In this document: positions 13,481 through 25,900 of the stretch, one piece after another | How positions within the stretch are numbered: the stretch's first letter is position 1 | Layout: each line of letters begins with the position of its first letter | Origin: Lama glama | Taxonomy: Eukaryota | Length of the DNA stretch: 64,000 bases | Direction: 5' to 3' | Assembly: GCA_028534125.1 (NCBI GenBank) | Contig: CM052817.1 | Span: 80,726,001-80,790,000 of the forward strand | Notes under the pieces: model-generated | Told to the model about the DNA's origin: nothing | Seen by the model: the letters and a program-made list of their open reading frames with translations, nothing else | The model's database searches: none | Position numbers and translations under genes: made by a program

Positions 13481-14029
13481 TTAGCTGAGGTCGTCATGGC
13501 CATGAGAGGCACCTGCGGTGCAGGTGGTCATGGCCATGGGAGGCATGTTGCGGGACTCGTGTCTGATTCAGCTCATTTGCCACTTTCTGTCACTGCTGCT
13601 CTTACTTTTTCTGCCTCTTGGAAATCTTATGAGGCTAATTCTGCTGTCACTCCCAGCTTCACCTTGAGTTCTTTTTCTTTTCTTTAATGACATTTAACCT
13701 TGATGTTCTTCATTTGATGGCAAAGCCTACCTTCAGGGCTCCTTGCTTTGATAAACACTGATGGGTGTGAGGCAGTGTCCTCCCTTGCGCATTGTGATGC
13801 GCTTACCTTTTTTCTTCCTTTTTTTAAACCATGCACACGTTATCACAAATTTTAAAAAACAAATGTTATCTTTCTTTCTGTTGCAAAACTTAGACATGTT
13901 TTATTGGGAGGTGGAAGGATTTGGTAGACATTCAAAATTGTCCAACATCCTCTCTCTCTTAATGACTTTTATCATGAATATTTTCCTAATTCTCTAAATT
14001 GCATCTTCTTTTTTCCTCACAAAACCAAC

Positions 14030-14462
14030 CTCTGTTGATCTCCTGCTATATGTAGGTACCATGCTAGGAGCATAAAGATAAATAACAGAATGTCCTGATC
14101 TTCAAGTGCTCAGTGTCTCAGAGGACACAGGTACATAAACAACCGGGACAATGTGAAAAATGTAATGCTAAAAGAGTGTTAACAGTACCCAGGGAATAAG
14201 GAGGAGCTAGAGAAAGGACATAGTATTCGATCTGGGGCTTTGGGACTTGAGCAGGAATTCACTAGTTGGGAAAGAGATCAAAGGGCAAGCGAGGCAGAGT
14301 GAGCTGTGCAGGCAAAGGCATGGGGTCCTGATAGGTGCACTGGAGGAATAAATTGACCCCTGGTATGCATAAAGCACAGAATGTATGTAGAAGGATGCAA
14401 AGAAGTGATCATAGACCAGCCTTATATGCCGTCGGGCTTACGTCTCCAGGCAATGGGAAGCC
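14030..14462 (-). mobile_element. L2 LINE fragment
   Basis: ctgctatatgtaggtaccatgctagg...tcctgatcttcaagtgctca...gcaaaggcatgggg...ggcaatgggaagcc. Confidence 0.75.
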
Positions 14463-17400
14463 CCCTTTGCCAGGTTCAGTCTTTGTCGGAACACCTTCCC
14501 CACTCCAAGATCTTCCCTTAGTCACCGCTCAGTAGTCACGCTGGGCGGGCTCAGCAGGGAAAGCAGCTTCTGATTTCAAGAAAAAATTAGTTCCCTCACC
14601 TTTCAGTATGAAAAAAGCTCCTGGCCTTTACGAAACAAACGGGAAGTGGTTGAAGTAACATTTGCCAGGCCAGACGGGTTTCTCCACCAATTACGCTGCG
14701 TGGTTTTCAGAATCGCATGCAATACTGGTTTCCTGAAGACGAGGGATTATTTACTAAAGCCTTTTTCTAAGTGAGCCTCTCTAGGTGACCCTTGGAAACA
14801 GGCCATTTCATGTGCATTTGAAACATTAGTATAATCCTTGCCCTTCCCCAAATTATGAAGTGTCTAGGGATAAAACCACTCCTCCTCGCAGCCTGGGTAC
14901 ATTTTCTGTAAGGCTGATCATTTTCTTTTCAAATTTGTGAGTAAATGTTTCTGTGATTTTTTTTTCTCGGAACTTTATCTTGATCGTGTCTTTATGAATC
15001 CATTTCATTGCCTGCCCTGCTCATATCCCTTTTTAGGAAAACTCACCATACCACAGCCCTGGGGAAGCAGCATGGCCCCACGACCTCCTCCAGCTTCCCA
15101 GTCACTGGACGAACATTTGACCCAAAAACAGCTAGTCCCTTTGCTCATTAGTGATAAAGCAAACATCTCTTTTTGAGTTTCTTAATTAAGAGAACTCATG
15201 TCTGTAGACAGTAATGTAGACATTGATTCTTCTATCCACTCTTATGTTGGAATCATCTTCCTTAAATTTCCTCCATCCTAACTCTTTTATTCAACTGAGA
15301 ACACACACACGCACTGTTGTGTTTTCCTGATATCTATTCATTAATTTAACAGATAGTTATTTCATGTTTCCAGTGTGTATGAGCTTATTGTCACAAACTC
15401 TGATCCTCCATGGCATGGTGTGGAGAATTTCTAAACAATCTCTGTAAAATGTATATCCCTTTTTTTTTTCCCGGAGTGGTGGTACGAGAACAGATTTAAT
15501 ACTTCCCATATCAACTTATATTTACCATGTTATGAATATGATGACTCCCTATTGTCTGTCTTAAACCAGGCATGATTGTTAGCTTTGTATCAGGACCAAA
15601 TAGATGGTGCAGTGGGCTTCCTGCCAGATGGGAGGGACCTCTGCAACACACTCATGCAGGTGCACTGTACAGTCACTGACTTTTTTAAAGGACAAAATAA
15701 TAATGACTAAAGGCAGTTGAAATGAGCATGGCCTGGAGGTGTGCCTTAATTTATTTTTCTTACAACATATATATATTTGTGTAATTCTAAGGAATTAGGT
15801 GAACCATAAAGCTGTTAATGCCTTAAGGCCTTTTATATAAACAAGGAATCACACAGGGGGAAGTCACGTCACGCCTTTCCTTGGTGTGCAAATACACGGA
15901 TCACCGCAGCCGAAGCGCTTGTACGGCAGTTCACACCAGTTGTGCCTATGGTGTAGTCTTGTTCATTCCTCAGTTAGGGGCAGCTAAAGCTTGCTCTCTG
16001 TATCACTGGAAGGAGAAGCATAGAATACCATATTATACATGAGCACTCTGTAGTTTTAATTTTGCTAAATGGAAGCAAAAGCTGGAATGTTCCATTGAGC
16101 AACACCTCAAAGTTAGTTGTATCTGTGTTTTTGTTTTTGTTTTTTCCTGAGGGTGCATTTGGGGCATTTTAACCCCAACTTTCCAAATCTTTATCTTTTT
16201 TTTGGATTTGTGAGTTCTTTTCCTGTACTTCAGAGATTTGCCTTGTGGGGACATGCCAGGCCCTCAAGGTTCCACTGGGCTACGGCGTGAAGCCAGCGGA
16301 CACGTCTGGAAGCTACCCGTGCGAGCTTGCCCTGTAGACGGCACCAATCGCGTGAGACAGAATGCAAGACCACATAATAGAGGGGATTAGCTGAGGACAA
16401 AAATTTCTTAGCTTTATTTATAGTATCATTGTGGAAGGATGAAAAGCTCTAAGTCAGCCTTGCCTGGGTGTGGACTTGCAATAATCCACTCAAAACTTTG
16501 ATTGTTCCCTTGACTTTGCCTTGTAAAAGCTTCTGTGGCTGCTGTGGATTATTACTTCATAATGCTTGGACAAACATCAATTAACATACATCACAGCGTT
16601 TCCTTTTGTGTCCCTCCATGAGTGGAGGAGACCCAAAGACACAACGGGCTTGGAAACACTCGCATAGAGATTACAGGAGGCCAGGCTGTGCAGAGGACAC
16701 AGGTGTGCTGTTCAATATGTGTTGAAAATATTGCATTTCCTCTGGAGCTTGGAGTAATTATCAAACCAGATCTCTAAAGAACAGCTTATTGGAAACCTTA
16801 GCTATTATAAGGACTATTTTTTTAAACCTGGGAAATTAGTTGTTGAAAATCAGATGAAGCCAGTGAATCTGGCTGTTGAAATCGGAGACCACAGAAGTTA
16901 TATTCGTTTTCATAGTCACTTGAGAACTTTTAAATTTCTTTTCAAAATTTCTCAGGGAGTTTAAGATGGGATTTCTTTCAAACAATATGAATACTAGAAA
17001 TATACTTAACATAAATGTATGAAAATATTTATATATAAAATAGTCGATGTCCAAGAAAAATATTCCCATAGCAAGTTACATAATAGAGTTTTAAATATGT
17101 GCCATTTCTTGCTGTTGGGTTTATTCTTGTAGAGATTTTTTTCTACTCATGATGTCAATACTGTATGCAGCCGGAACAAATTAATGGACAAACTATTGTC
17201 TTTACTGTCACTGATAGAAAATTGACAGCAGATTTTTGTCCACTCTGACAGCCTTACAGTAATGTCAGCTCTGAATACCTCTCGATGTGTGTTTATCTGA
17301 TCATAATGAGTGTATTTATGTGGAAAGCCCTCAGAACATAGTAATGTTGGTAGTAAACACTGTAAATGATTTAAAATGTACAATGGAATAAATCAATCAT

Positions 17401-19105
17401 TTTAAGGATTATTTTACGTATTATTACATAAGACCGAGGCCTACTCTCTGGGGAATTACATTAATAAGCTTCAATAATCGTACTAGGCCAATTTGCTGTA
17501 ATTCACAAACTGTGTGGTCAGAGTGGTATTAAAGCACACCCGTTTTCTTAGACTGTCTTATAATTCAAACTGAAGGATTCTCTTTTGCATGAATTTCTTT
17601 TGCAAATATTTGTCTTCGCAAAAATTACACTAATATTCTAGTGCTAAGGAGGTAAATAACTGGTTTCTGCTCAACAAGAAGTAAGAAAACGCTCCTTTTT
17701 TAATATGAGTAGAACTTTCTGAAACACAGCATCATTTATTTGGACTGTGAAGCTAGGTAAGTTGTCAGACAGTCCATCTAGCGCACAGGAAGATCTCTTG
17801 GTGCTCCGGAGGGACAGAGCTGTAAACAGAGCTACCTGTGGTTTACGTTACAATAAAGATGGATCTGACTGGAGGAGACACCTGAGTGTGAGGTGGGATG
17901 GCATTGCCTCAGCATCTCCACATTCAGCTGACGTTCTTCAGCCCCTGGAATGGGAAACGTTTACACTGTGCCCTTCCTCGATCCTCAGCTGGCCGCCTGA
18001 GATACACAATCCAGGCAAAGGCCTCACCTGGGGCTGCTTGTGCCCCTCTGTGCCCTTTCCGCAGTTAAACATCCTCAGACTGGAGTTCTGCTTCTCTGTT
18101 ATATACAGAGCTGCAGCCACAGGCGATCTCTTCCCATATGATCCTTTAAGTCGTTTAGCTTCTATTATCAGTGTGGATGCGATCCTGTTTCGTACAATCA
18201 TTGAATCATTTCCGTATTGAGTACAACTGACCTTTAAGACATATGCTTCCAAACAGGCAAGAAACTGTCTTCTGTTTTTGGTTCTGTTGACGGTGCAAAG
18301 CTGTTTTGCTTACTCATGTAATTCAGCTGGAAGACTGGAACTCTGTGCCTTTCTGGAGCTCCAGCACAGCCTGCAAAGGAAGGGAATTTGGCATGGTGGG
18401 AAAAACATGGGCTTTGAAGAAGGAGAGACCTGGCTTCTAATGTTGTCTCTGCTGTGTCTACCCTAAGGTTGACAAGAAGGATTGGTGACAATGCATGATG
18501 TGTCCAACACCTTTCTGGGTGTTTGGCGGGAGCCCAATCAGAGGTAGCTGTCATGGAAAGATCATCCCATTTCTCCCAGTTCAGCTCCCGTTTGCAGTGG
18601 TAATTCCATTTAACTAGAAGTAGTAAGTGGCTTGATCTTCTCCCACTTACCTTATTTGACTGTGGACGTAGAAGGAGCAGAGTGGGAAGGGGACCATAAG
18701 GATGAGGAAAAACATGGGAGACCAGTGAGTTGGTGGCCACTCGTAGCCATTTATTTATAAGAAAGACTCTTCTGAGAGCCCTTGTTCTAGAGAAGTGCAT
18801 TTAATTTAGCCAAACAGGCAGCTGTGTTTCTTGCCCATGTGTTAGTCTATCACATGGACAAAGGGCCACTGAGTATTTAAGCTTGGGTGAAACTTTCTTA
18901 TGCTACTTTGAGGAAGGAGTCATGACCTGGTTAAATTTAAAGTTTAATCTATTTTGATTAAAAAAATTTTATTAAGAATATATTAAGTTCCAAGGCCTTT
19001 TTCCATCAACTTGCTTTTTTGGATTGCCTATCACATGACTGTATCATTTTTAGATACTAAATGAAAAGCATGTGGAACAGAGCAGAGAAATGCACTTCTG
19101 TCCAT

Positions 19106-19120
19106 GTTACCATGGGTAAC
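19106..19120. promoter_or_regulatory. RFX X-box motif (GTTACC-ATG-GGTAAC)
   Basis: Perfect inverted half-sites fitting GTTRCC(N0-3)RGYAAC, in non-repeat DNA. Confidence 0.5.
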
Positions 19121-20934
19121 GTTGTCCATTATGAAATATGGGTTTTCTTGAAGGAGAACACACTACTTTAATTATTACATTGCAGTTTGGAAACATGAAT
19201 ATTTATACAATTAGAAACTTGGAGGCATTGCACAAATTCTTTCTTATTGGATTCTGACAGGAATTTTTCCCCCCAATCTGTTTTATAAATGCAGACCAAA
19301 AGACAAAATACTGTGGCAGACTTCATTGGTTCTAGAAAAAATGCCACAAAATTGGTCACATGAAATTAAATTGTTTGTTAGCACTGATCCCCAAAGTTGC
19401 TTGGATTGGTTTTTATTTTCAATTGAGTGGTGCTAGGTGATTTTGTTATTCATAACTTTTGTTTTCTTCACTTCTGTGTGACGAAAATAAAATCTCACAA
19501 AGGATATATGTGGCTTATTGGAATACTTGAACAGTGCACATAAGATTGTAAGTCAGGCCTTATGATAATCCCCTTTTTATCTGATTTTTTTTCGTATTTT
19601 CCCCTTTGGGTTCTAATTTTTTTGGTGCAAAGATAGATCTTTTTATATATTTTCAAGAATTAATTTGACTCATATGAAAATGACACCTCTCCTCTTCAGC
19701 TAAGACACACATGCATATACATACATAAGCACACACAACTAAAATTCAAGACATAAATCATTGTTAGAATTTTAAGAACTTGAGATGTCTCTATCTTGTC
19801 TTCATAAAGAATTGTGACTCTGATAAGTATTTCATTTTTAAATTTCCTGGATAAAAGTAGATGAAAGTTTTGATTCTCTGCTCATTTGATATGTTGTTAT
19901 TTATTGATGTTAAAATAAATTTACTTGAGTTCTTGTAAAATAAGTTGCTGAACTTTGTATACATCGTTGCACCATGCTTTAAGATTTACAATGAATCTTA
20001 AGCACTCCTTTGTACACTATGTGAATAAAGCCCCAAATCATGGGTTCTTAAGGATAGTTTGGGGTGGTGAATCCGTAATGGAAAATAATCATTCTGCTTG
20101 AAAATGTTACTCAGGTCTATCAGTGGCTACAAATACTTTCGTCAGGTAAGATGTTCTGAATTCTGCTCATCCTCATTCAATCTGAGCTTTTATGTAGTTG
20201 TTTTGTTACTTGCCAGTATCAACAAGGGGGAAAGAGCCTAGGGTTTGGGGAGAAAGTTCATGCAATAATCCGGTTATCATATGTGGTTCAGTGAAGACTG
20301 ATGAGCCTATTATTATTTCGAGGATCTGTGAGAGATGTGAGATGCAACCTCATTCTCTCGGTCTTCCCTCATCTGCCTCCAGTCAGGACTGCAACTGCTG
20401 GAGAGCCTGAAATGATAAGAGAAGGAATTTAGAGTTAAGCCACAGGCAACAACATAATCTGGCATGAGTGCCCTTAAAAACTGTGTCTTGCTGGGTGTAT
20501 ATCCCCCATATTATGGAAAATACGTGTCATCTGCACCAAATAGTTTTGCTATTGACTTAAGACATTAAAGACATGAAAGACCCTTTTGAGACTTCCTGTC
20601 TTAAACAAATATTTGAAAAGATTTCAGAAATAATAGATTCAAGTAATTGCTGGAGAGAGTGAGCGTAGCTGCGTGGAAGAGTCTTCACCCAGCTTTTATA
20701 ACCAGGGAAACTTTTTTACAAGGACTTTTAAGGAGAGCCATGAAAAAAGAGATGGAAGAGGTTTTGCACTGAGACGTGGGAGGCCACCTGAGACACGGGG
20801 CGCTGGGGTAGAATGTATGTGGGGGTGGAGGGGAGGAGTCCTTTCTTAGGCTGCACTTGAAGCCTTCCTCCCTTACCTACACTCCTGGGATGCAGAACAG
20901 CTGCTCACCATCCATACCATTCCATCACTGAATC

Positions 20935-21050
20935 TGCCAACCTTTTCTGGGGATGAAATAATCCTGATTCCTTTAGCCTTTCATCATGGTGTCTGTGTTT
21001 TTTGTCTCTTTAATCATTTTCACTGAGTTTTTCTCCAGCTCTCCTTGTTA
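20935..21050 (-). mobile_element. Possible CR1/L3 fragment
   Basis: ccttttctggggatgaaataatcctgattcctttagcctttcatcat...ctttaatcatttt resembles antisense L3 RT sequence. Confidence 0.45.
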
Positions 21051-21427
21051 CAGTTATGACTGGAAACTCCAGAGGGGGACACCGCTACTGGGTATAAAGG
21101 CAACATGACTGAAGCCACCTTTAAAGCACCCTCCCTTGGCAGGGCTAAATTACTGTGCTGTCTTCCTGTTTCTTACATGATGTGATCGCAGAAACTGGGT
21201 TTAGCAGAGGCATTGCCTAAAGAAACGGGAGACACTGATTTTAACTGATTTATTTTTCTGGAAGTAGAAGTTTTAATAGTAGTTTGTATTTGTCTCTCTT
21301 TAACTGCCCTCTGAATTTTTCCTAGGCTGTCTTTTTTTTTTATTTGTCCAGTCTTTATGGACAAATGGTTGTATTCTACTCATTTTAATTGGAGTTAAGT
21401 ACAACAGTGGCTTCTGTTGGTGATGAC

Positions 21428-21810
21428 ATTCATTTATTCATTCATTCACGTGCTCAAGAAATATTTTTGAACTCACAGCATGTGAAAAAGCCATATTCTA
21501 GGTAGCACAGTTTAAGTGATGAACAAAGAGAGACGCAGTCTCCACTATGACATTATGAATAAAGACATCAATAAATAATTGCACAAGGGGTTTTATGGTT
21601 AAAAATTGAAGTATGTGACGTAAAGGAAGGAGACAAGACTGTATGTGAGTAAAGAAACTTACTCGGGATGATAAGGTTTCCCTCAAGAACGGAAAGGCAC
21701 TTGAACTGAAATTTGAAGGGCAAGTTAAGATGAATTAATTGCACAAAGGAGCAAGTGTGTCAAAAACCATATTCCGTGTCGAGGGAAGACCATGTTCAAA
21801 GTATGAAGTA
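21428..21810 (-). mobile_element. L2 LINE 3' fragment
   Basis: (cattcatt)n start, aaatatttttga..., cttgaactgaaatttgaagg, gggaagaccatgttcaaag. Confidence 0.8.
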
Positions 21811-22757
21811 TCTATCATACGGTCAACAGAATCGAATTTCCTTAAACTTGTGTCTCCTCGAGCCCCTTTGCGTTTGAGCTGCCTGTTTCCTTCACCTTAC
21901 TATGAGGAGTCCCTCACTTGAGACTTTATACTGCATGCTGATCCTGTTAAGGGATTTGGATCTTTCCTGATTAAATAACAACATTTTATATTGTGTTATA
22001 CCATCTTTAATTTCAGGCCTCAGTAAATTGACTCGTAAGATGAAATGGAGAATTCAGGACACGCTTACATTAACAGGCAATCTGTCCAGCTCAGGTGAAG
22101 GCAAGTGTGGCTGAAACTTTAGCTCTGTATTGTCTGTCTGGTGTCTTTTAACGGATATTTCTGGGACCTTGACATACGTAGCTAATCAAAAGAATTACTT
22201 AAAAAAATTCATTGTAATTTTTCAGAGCTCCGCTTTGGTATTCTTGAGTCAGAAACAGCTTTTAGCTTTCACCTCCAATCATAGACATCATTTAACATCT
22301 CACTGAGTCCTGTCTGTCTGTGTAGACAGGGGTTGTCACAGAAGTACACTGCTCTTTTTCCTGCTTCTGTAGGACATATGCTGAGGTTTCCCCAATTCCC
22401 CAAATTTCAAGAAAATTTCATTGGCTAGGACAGCCTCCATATAAAATGGCGCTAACCCTTTATGTTTGGCTGGCCAGATTCCCTGCTTCCGGCCCTCCTG
22501 CATACCCTCGTGGGTATGTAGTTCTGCTTTGATTTCTGGTATCTGCCTGATTAATGAAGGCTCCCCAAGCTCCTAACCTTTCCTTGAATTTTATTGTCCC
22601 TAAAATTTGACATACTTACCCTGTTGGCTCTTGCTTAAATATCTTGATCTTGAGCCCTAATTCACCGTCCTTGCACAGCTATTCTTTAAGTACAGAGTGA
22701 ATGTTGCAGTCTCATGTGCTTTGGAACTATGGTCATTGTGATGGATATCAAGTCACC

Positions 22758-22903
22758 TGTAGGGGAAAATGCATGAGACACAAGGCAAACAGAAGAGGGT
22801 CGGAGTGCCTTTGCACCTGCTGTTCATTTCAAGTGCCTGTAATTCAAAATAACCAATATACCAAAGAGGCCTATTCTGGACTGGCATATCCTGGTTCCCC
22901 TCA
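22758..22903 (-). mobile_element. ERV1-type LTR fragment (MER34-like 5' end)
   Basis: Reverse complement begins tgaggggaaccaggatatgccagtccagaataggcctctttggtatattggttattttga, like MER34-group LTR starts. LTR-like sequence may extend left to ~22370. Confidence 0.65.
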
Positions 22904-23024
22904 ATATGTATCTCTGTATGTCCATGTAAATGTTTTAACACTTTGGATTAGAAACTTCTAGTAATATTTCCCTTTGAGAGAACTTTTGTACAGAGGTAAA
23001 TCACTTTTAGAGGTGGTATTATTT

Positions 23025-23070
23025 TTATTATTATTATTGTTGTTGTTGTTGTTATTATTATTATTATTAT
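23025..23070. repeat. Compound (TTA)n(TTG)n(TTA)n microsatellite
   Basis: Read directly. Confidence 0.9.
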
Positions 23071-23142
23071 ATAATTTAGCAAACTGACCTTAAACTCTTT
23101 TGTGGCCCCAAATGTTTTATTTATGGATCCATCCCTTTACAA

Positions 23143-23320
23143 CTGAACATTTATTAGCTGAGAACCTAGGGTGTGTCAGGCACTGTGCTATGAGTTTTGT
23201 GATGAAAGCAGCATGGTTCTTGTCTTTGAGGAGCTAACATCCCGTTGTAGGGTACAGTAAGAAAATGATGATACAATACCAGAAACGCTACAATAGTTGT
23301 AAACCAGGCACTGTGGGAGC
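23143..23320 (-). mobile_element. L2 fragment
   Basis: aacatttatt...tgtgtcaggcactgtgcta...tggttcttgtctttgaggagctaacat. Confidence 0.7.
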
Positions 23321-24962
23321 TAACTTTAAGCACTTTCATTGAAATCATGGATCAGAAATGGCATCCTGGAAACAAGTTTCCTATGTTTGTCACATCATAT
23401 ATACAGTCCTAGGCATATTCCAATGTTAAAATCAAAACTTAATCACATAAGTTGACATAAAGTCCTCTTCTGTGTAACCACTAAAATAGAAGTTGCTAGT
23501 ACATTTATGGCTCTTTTTAAAATCGTCAAACGGTTTTATTTAACCAAAAAATTATGGTTATATTTTTTCATCAGCTGCCAACAAAGACCTCTGTTTGTTT
23601 CATGTTTCCAAGGAAGTTCATCTTGTTACTAAGTCTGTTTTGAGGATAAATTATGTGAATGGAATTCATCAAGCCCTAATTTTGTCCCTTCTACGTTCTA
23701 CTCAAGCAAAAGCAGGATTCTCCTCCCTGGTCATCTGTGAAATCTAGTGTCTTGTTAGCTTTCTAATCCTGTCTCATTAACTCCCCTGTTACACAAAAAT
23801 TATGAGCAACTGTAAATTTAAGACCTAGATAAGAAGGGAATCACATATTTTGACATTTGATTAAATATAGTTAACATTTATTGTATGATATTTTATTCTT
23901 GTATCATTTCACGTGTTAAACTTCGAGCACTTTCAAACCTTAGCAATACAATAAAGTATCACGTAACTTTATATACATAGTAGCTACTCAAATATTATTA
24001 GATATAGGAATACAAAAATGCACGGATGCATTTCATTAAAAATATGTCCTCCTAGAAGGCTTTCTAAACAAATCTGACATCAAGATAACGTGAGATAATG
24101 ATGGAGTACTGGAGGAGGAATTCCCATGAGGGCTCTGCATGTTTGAACTTATGTAATTCTCCTAACAATGAGGTGAGTACTAGTCTTGTAACTTTTCTCT
24201 TTGCAAGTTCTCTAAAATACATGCTTTTCACTCTATTTTTGACTCAACTTGAGTATCAAATATTGAGAAAAACTACCCAAAACTTGGGAAAAAAAGATAA
24301 TGACATGATTTTCATTATTAAGCTATGGTATGGTCCTAACATACTCACCCAAAACTCATCTGTCTTAAGAATGTAACTTTCCTTGACTTGCTGTTTACTG
24401 GTATCCATGGGAACATTTTACAGTTTTGTAAGCATAAATATTAGCTTGTAGAAAACAAAGAAAGTGCACTTTTATTTTTTTCGGGTAGTAATGCAAACGG
24501 TTTCAGCCCAGTAAAGAAGATAACCCGAAGTTTACAATTTCTGACTCTTAAGGAAAGTCATTTGTTTTTATTTTTGATGTTGTAATTTAGCAATCTCATT
24601 CCAGATTTCTTTTTTCTTTTACTGACTCTACATACATTTGTTAGTATGCTTTAGTGTAACGCACCAACAGGACAGACTGGCTTTGCATCCTGTTGATTTC
24701 CTTACTAATAAGCTCAGTAAAACTTTGACAATGCATTTCTACGAGAATTGTGTTGTTTCAAGATTTTCAAAATGATATGTTTGACAACAGTCTTATGATC
24801 CCTTTCTTGAATTATTGTAATAGTTTACCAAAAGGTTTCCTTCCCCATCATCCCTGCTGAAACTGTCAATCTTGCATCCCACTTTTAAACGAACTTTACA
24901 GCAAAATAAAATCATCAGCCTGCAGAAATGAGCCTGAACTCAGTGTGGAACTCAGGGTCCTC

Positions 24963-25452
24963 TTTATTAGTTTCTTAAGGCTGTCATAGCAAACTGCCAC
25001 AAACCAGGTGGATTAAAACAACAAGAACGTATTCTTTCACGGTTCTGGAAGAAAAAGTCCAAAATCAAGGTGTCAGGAAGGCCATGCTTCCCCTTTGGGT
25101 TTTAGTAGAGAATCCATTCTCTGTCTCTTCCAACTTCTGGTAACTGTTGGCATTTCTTGATTTCTTGTTGCTGTGAAATTCCAGTTTCCACATCGGTCTT
25201 CATAGGGCTTCCTCCTCACCTCTGTACCTGTTCCTCTGCATCAGATAGCTTTCTGCCTCATATAAAGACCCTTGTCATCAGGTATAAGCCTCATCCGGAT
25301 AATCCAGGATGATCTCCTTATCTCAAGATCCTTAACTCAATTAAGTTTGCAAAGACCTTTTTATTTTCCACAAATAGGTTACATTCACAGGTTCTGGGGA
25401 TTAAGGTATAGACGTATCTTTTTGGGGGGGGGCTACCATTCAACGCACTACA
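24963..25452 (-). mobile_element. MaLR solo LTR (MLT1B/C-like)
   Basis: tattagtttc...ccacaaaccaggtggattaaaacaaca...gtccaaaatcaaggtgtc...tgcaaagacc...cattcacaggttctgggg...ccattcaacgcactaca. Confidence 0.92.
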
Positions 25453-25529
25453 CCATCTGTGTCCAGCCCCGGCTCAGCCATCTGTCCTTACCTCCCAGCG
25501 CTTCTCGTAGTATTTATTTATTTCTTGAC

Positions 25530-25900
25530 CCTACCCTAGCCCTAGTCCATGAACTCTGCTCGTTGCAGACAACATTGTTTGTGTTGTTCATTTCCGTTCT
25601 CTGCCTAGCATGTGCTCCCTTTCCTTTTCGCACGTCTGGTGTGCAAGCTTCCTTCCAGCCAGCTCCCCACCCAGCCCCATCCCCGCCTGATTCTGGCACC
25701 TTCCCTCTGTGCTCACATTGTACCCTGAACATATTCCTATTGCTTACTGAATTTTAGTGTCTTTGTCTCTCTGTGTGTTTGTGTCTCCTATAGATTTTTT
25801 TTTGTAGAGGTATGGACTCTGTCATCTTTGACTCTCCACAATTTCACTTGGTGCCAATAAATAATAGTCACTCACTAAGCGTGGTATATGAGTCAGTGAG
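25530..25900 (+). mobile_element. L2 LINE 3' fragment
   Basis: Pyrimidine-rich L2 3' region ending agggtatggactctgtc...ggtgcc...tagtcactcactaa...tgagtcagtga. Confidence 0.6.

Noticed and set aside
17747..18800. Longest ORFs (157 aa +, 188 aa -, 104 aa -)
   Set aside because: No recognisable domain, overlapping on both strands, partly MIR-derived, and no supporting exon structure; consistent with chance.
22017..22100. 78-nt open exon-like unit (LSKLTRKMKWRIQDTLTLTGNLSSS)
   Set aside because: Weak donor (gtgaag) and unrecognised peptide.
25272..25757. 161-aa ORF
   Set aside because: Spans an MLT1 LTR and an L2 fragment; repeat-derived.
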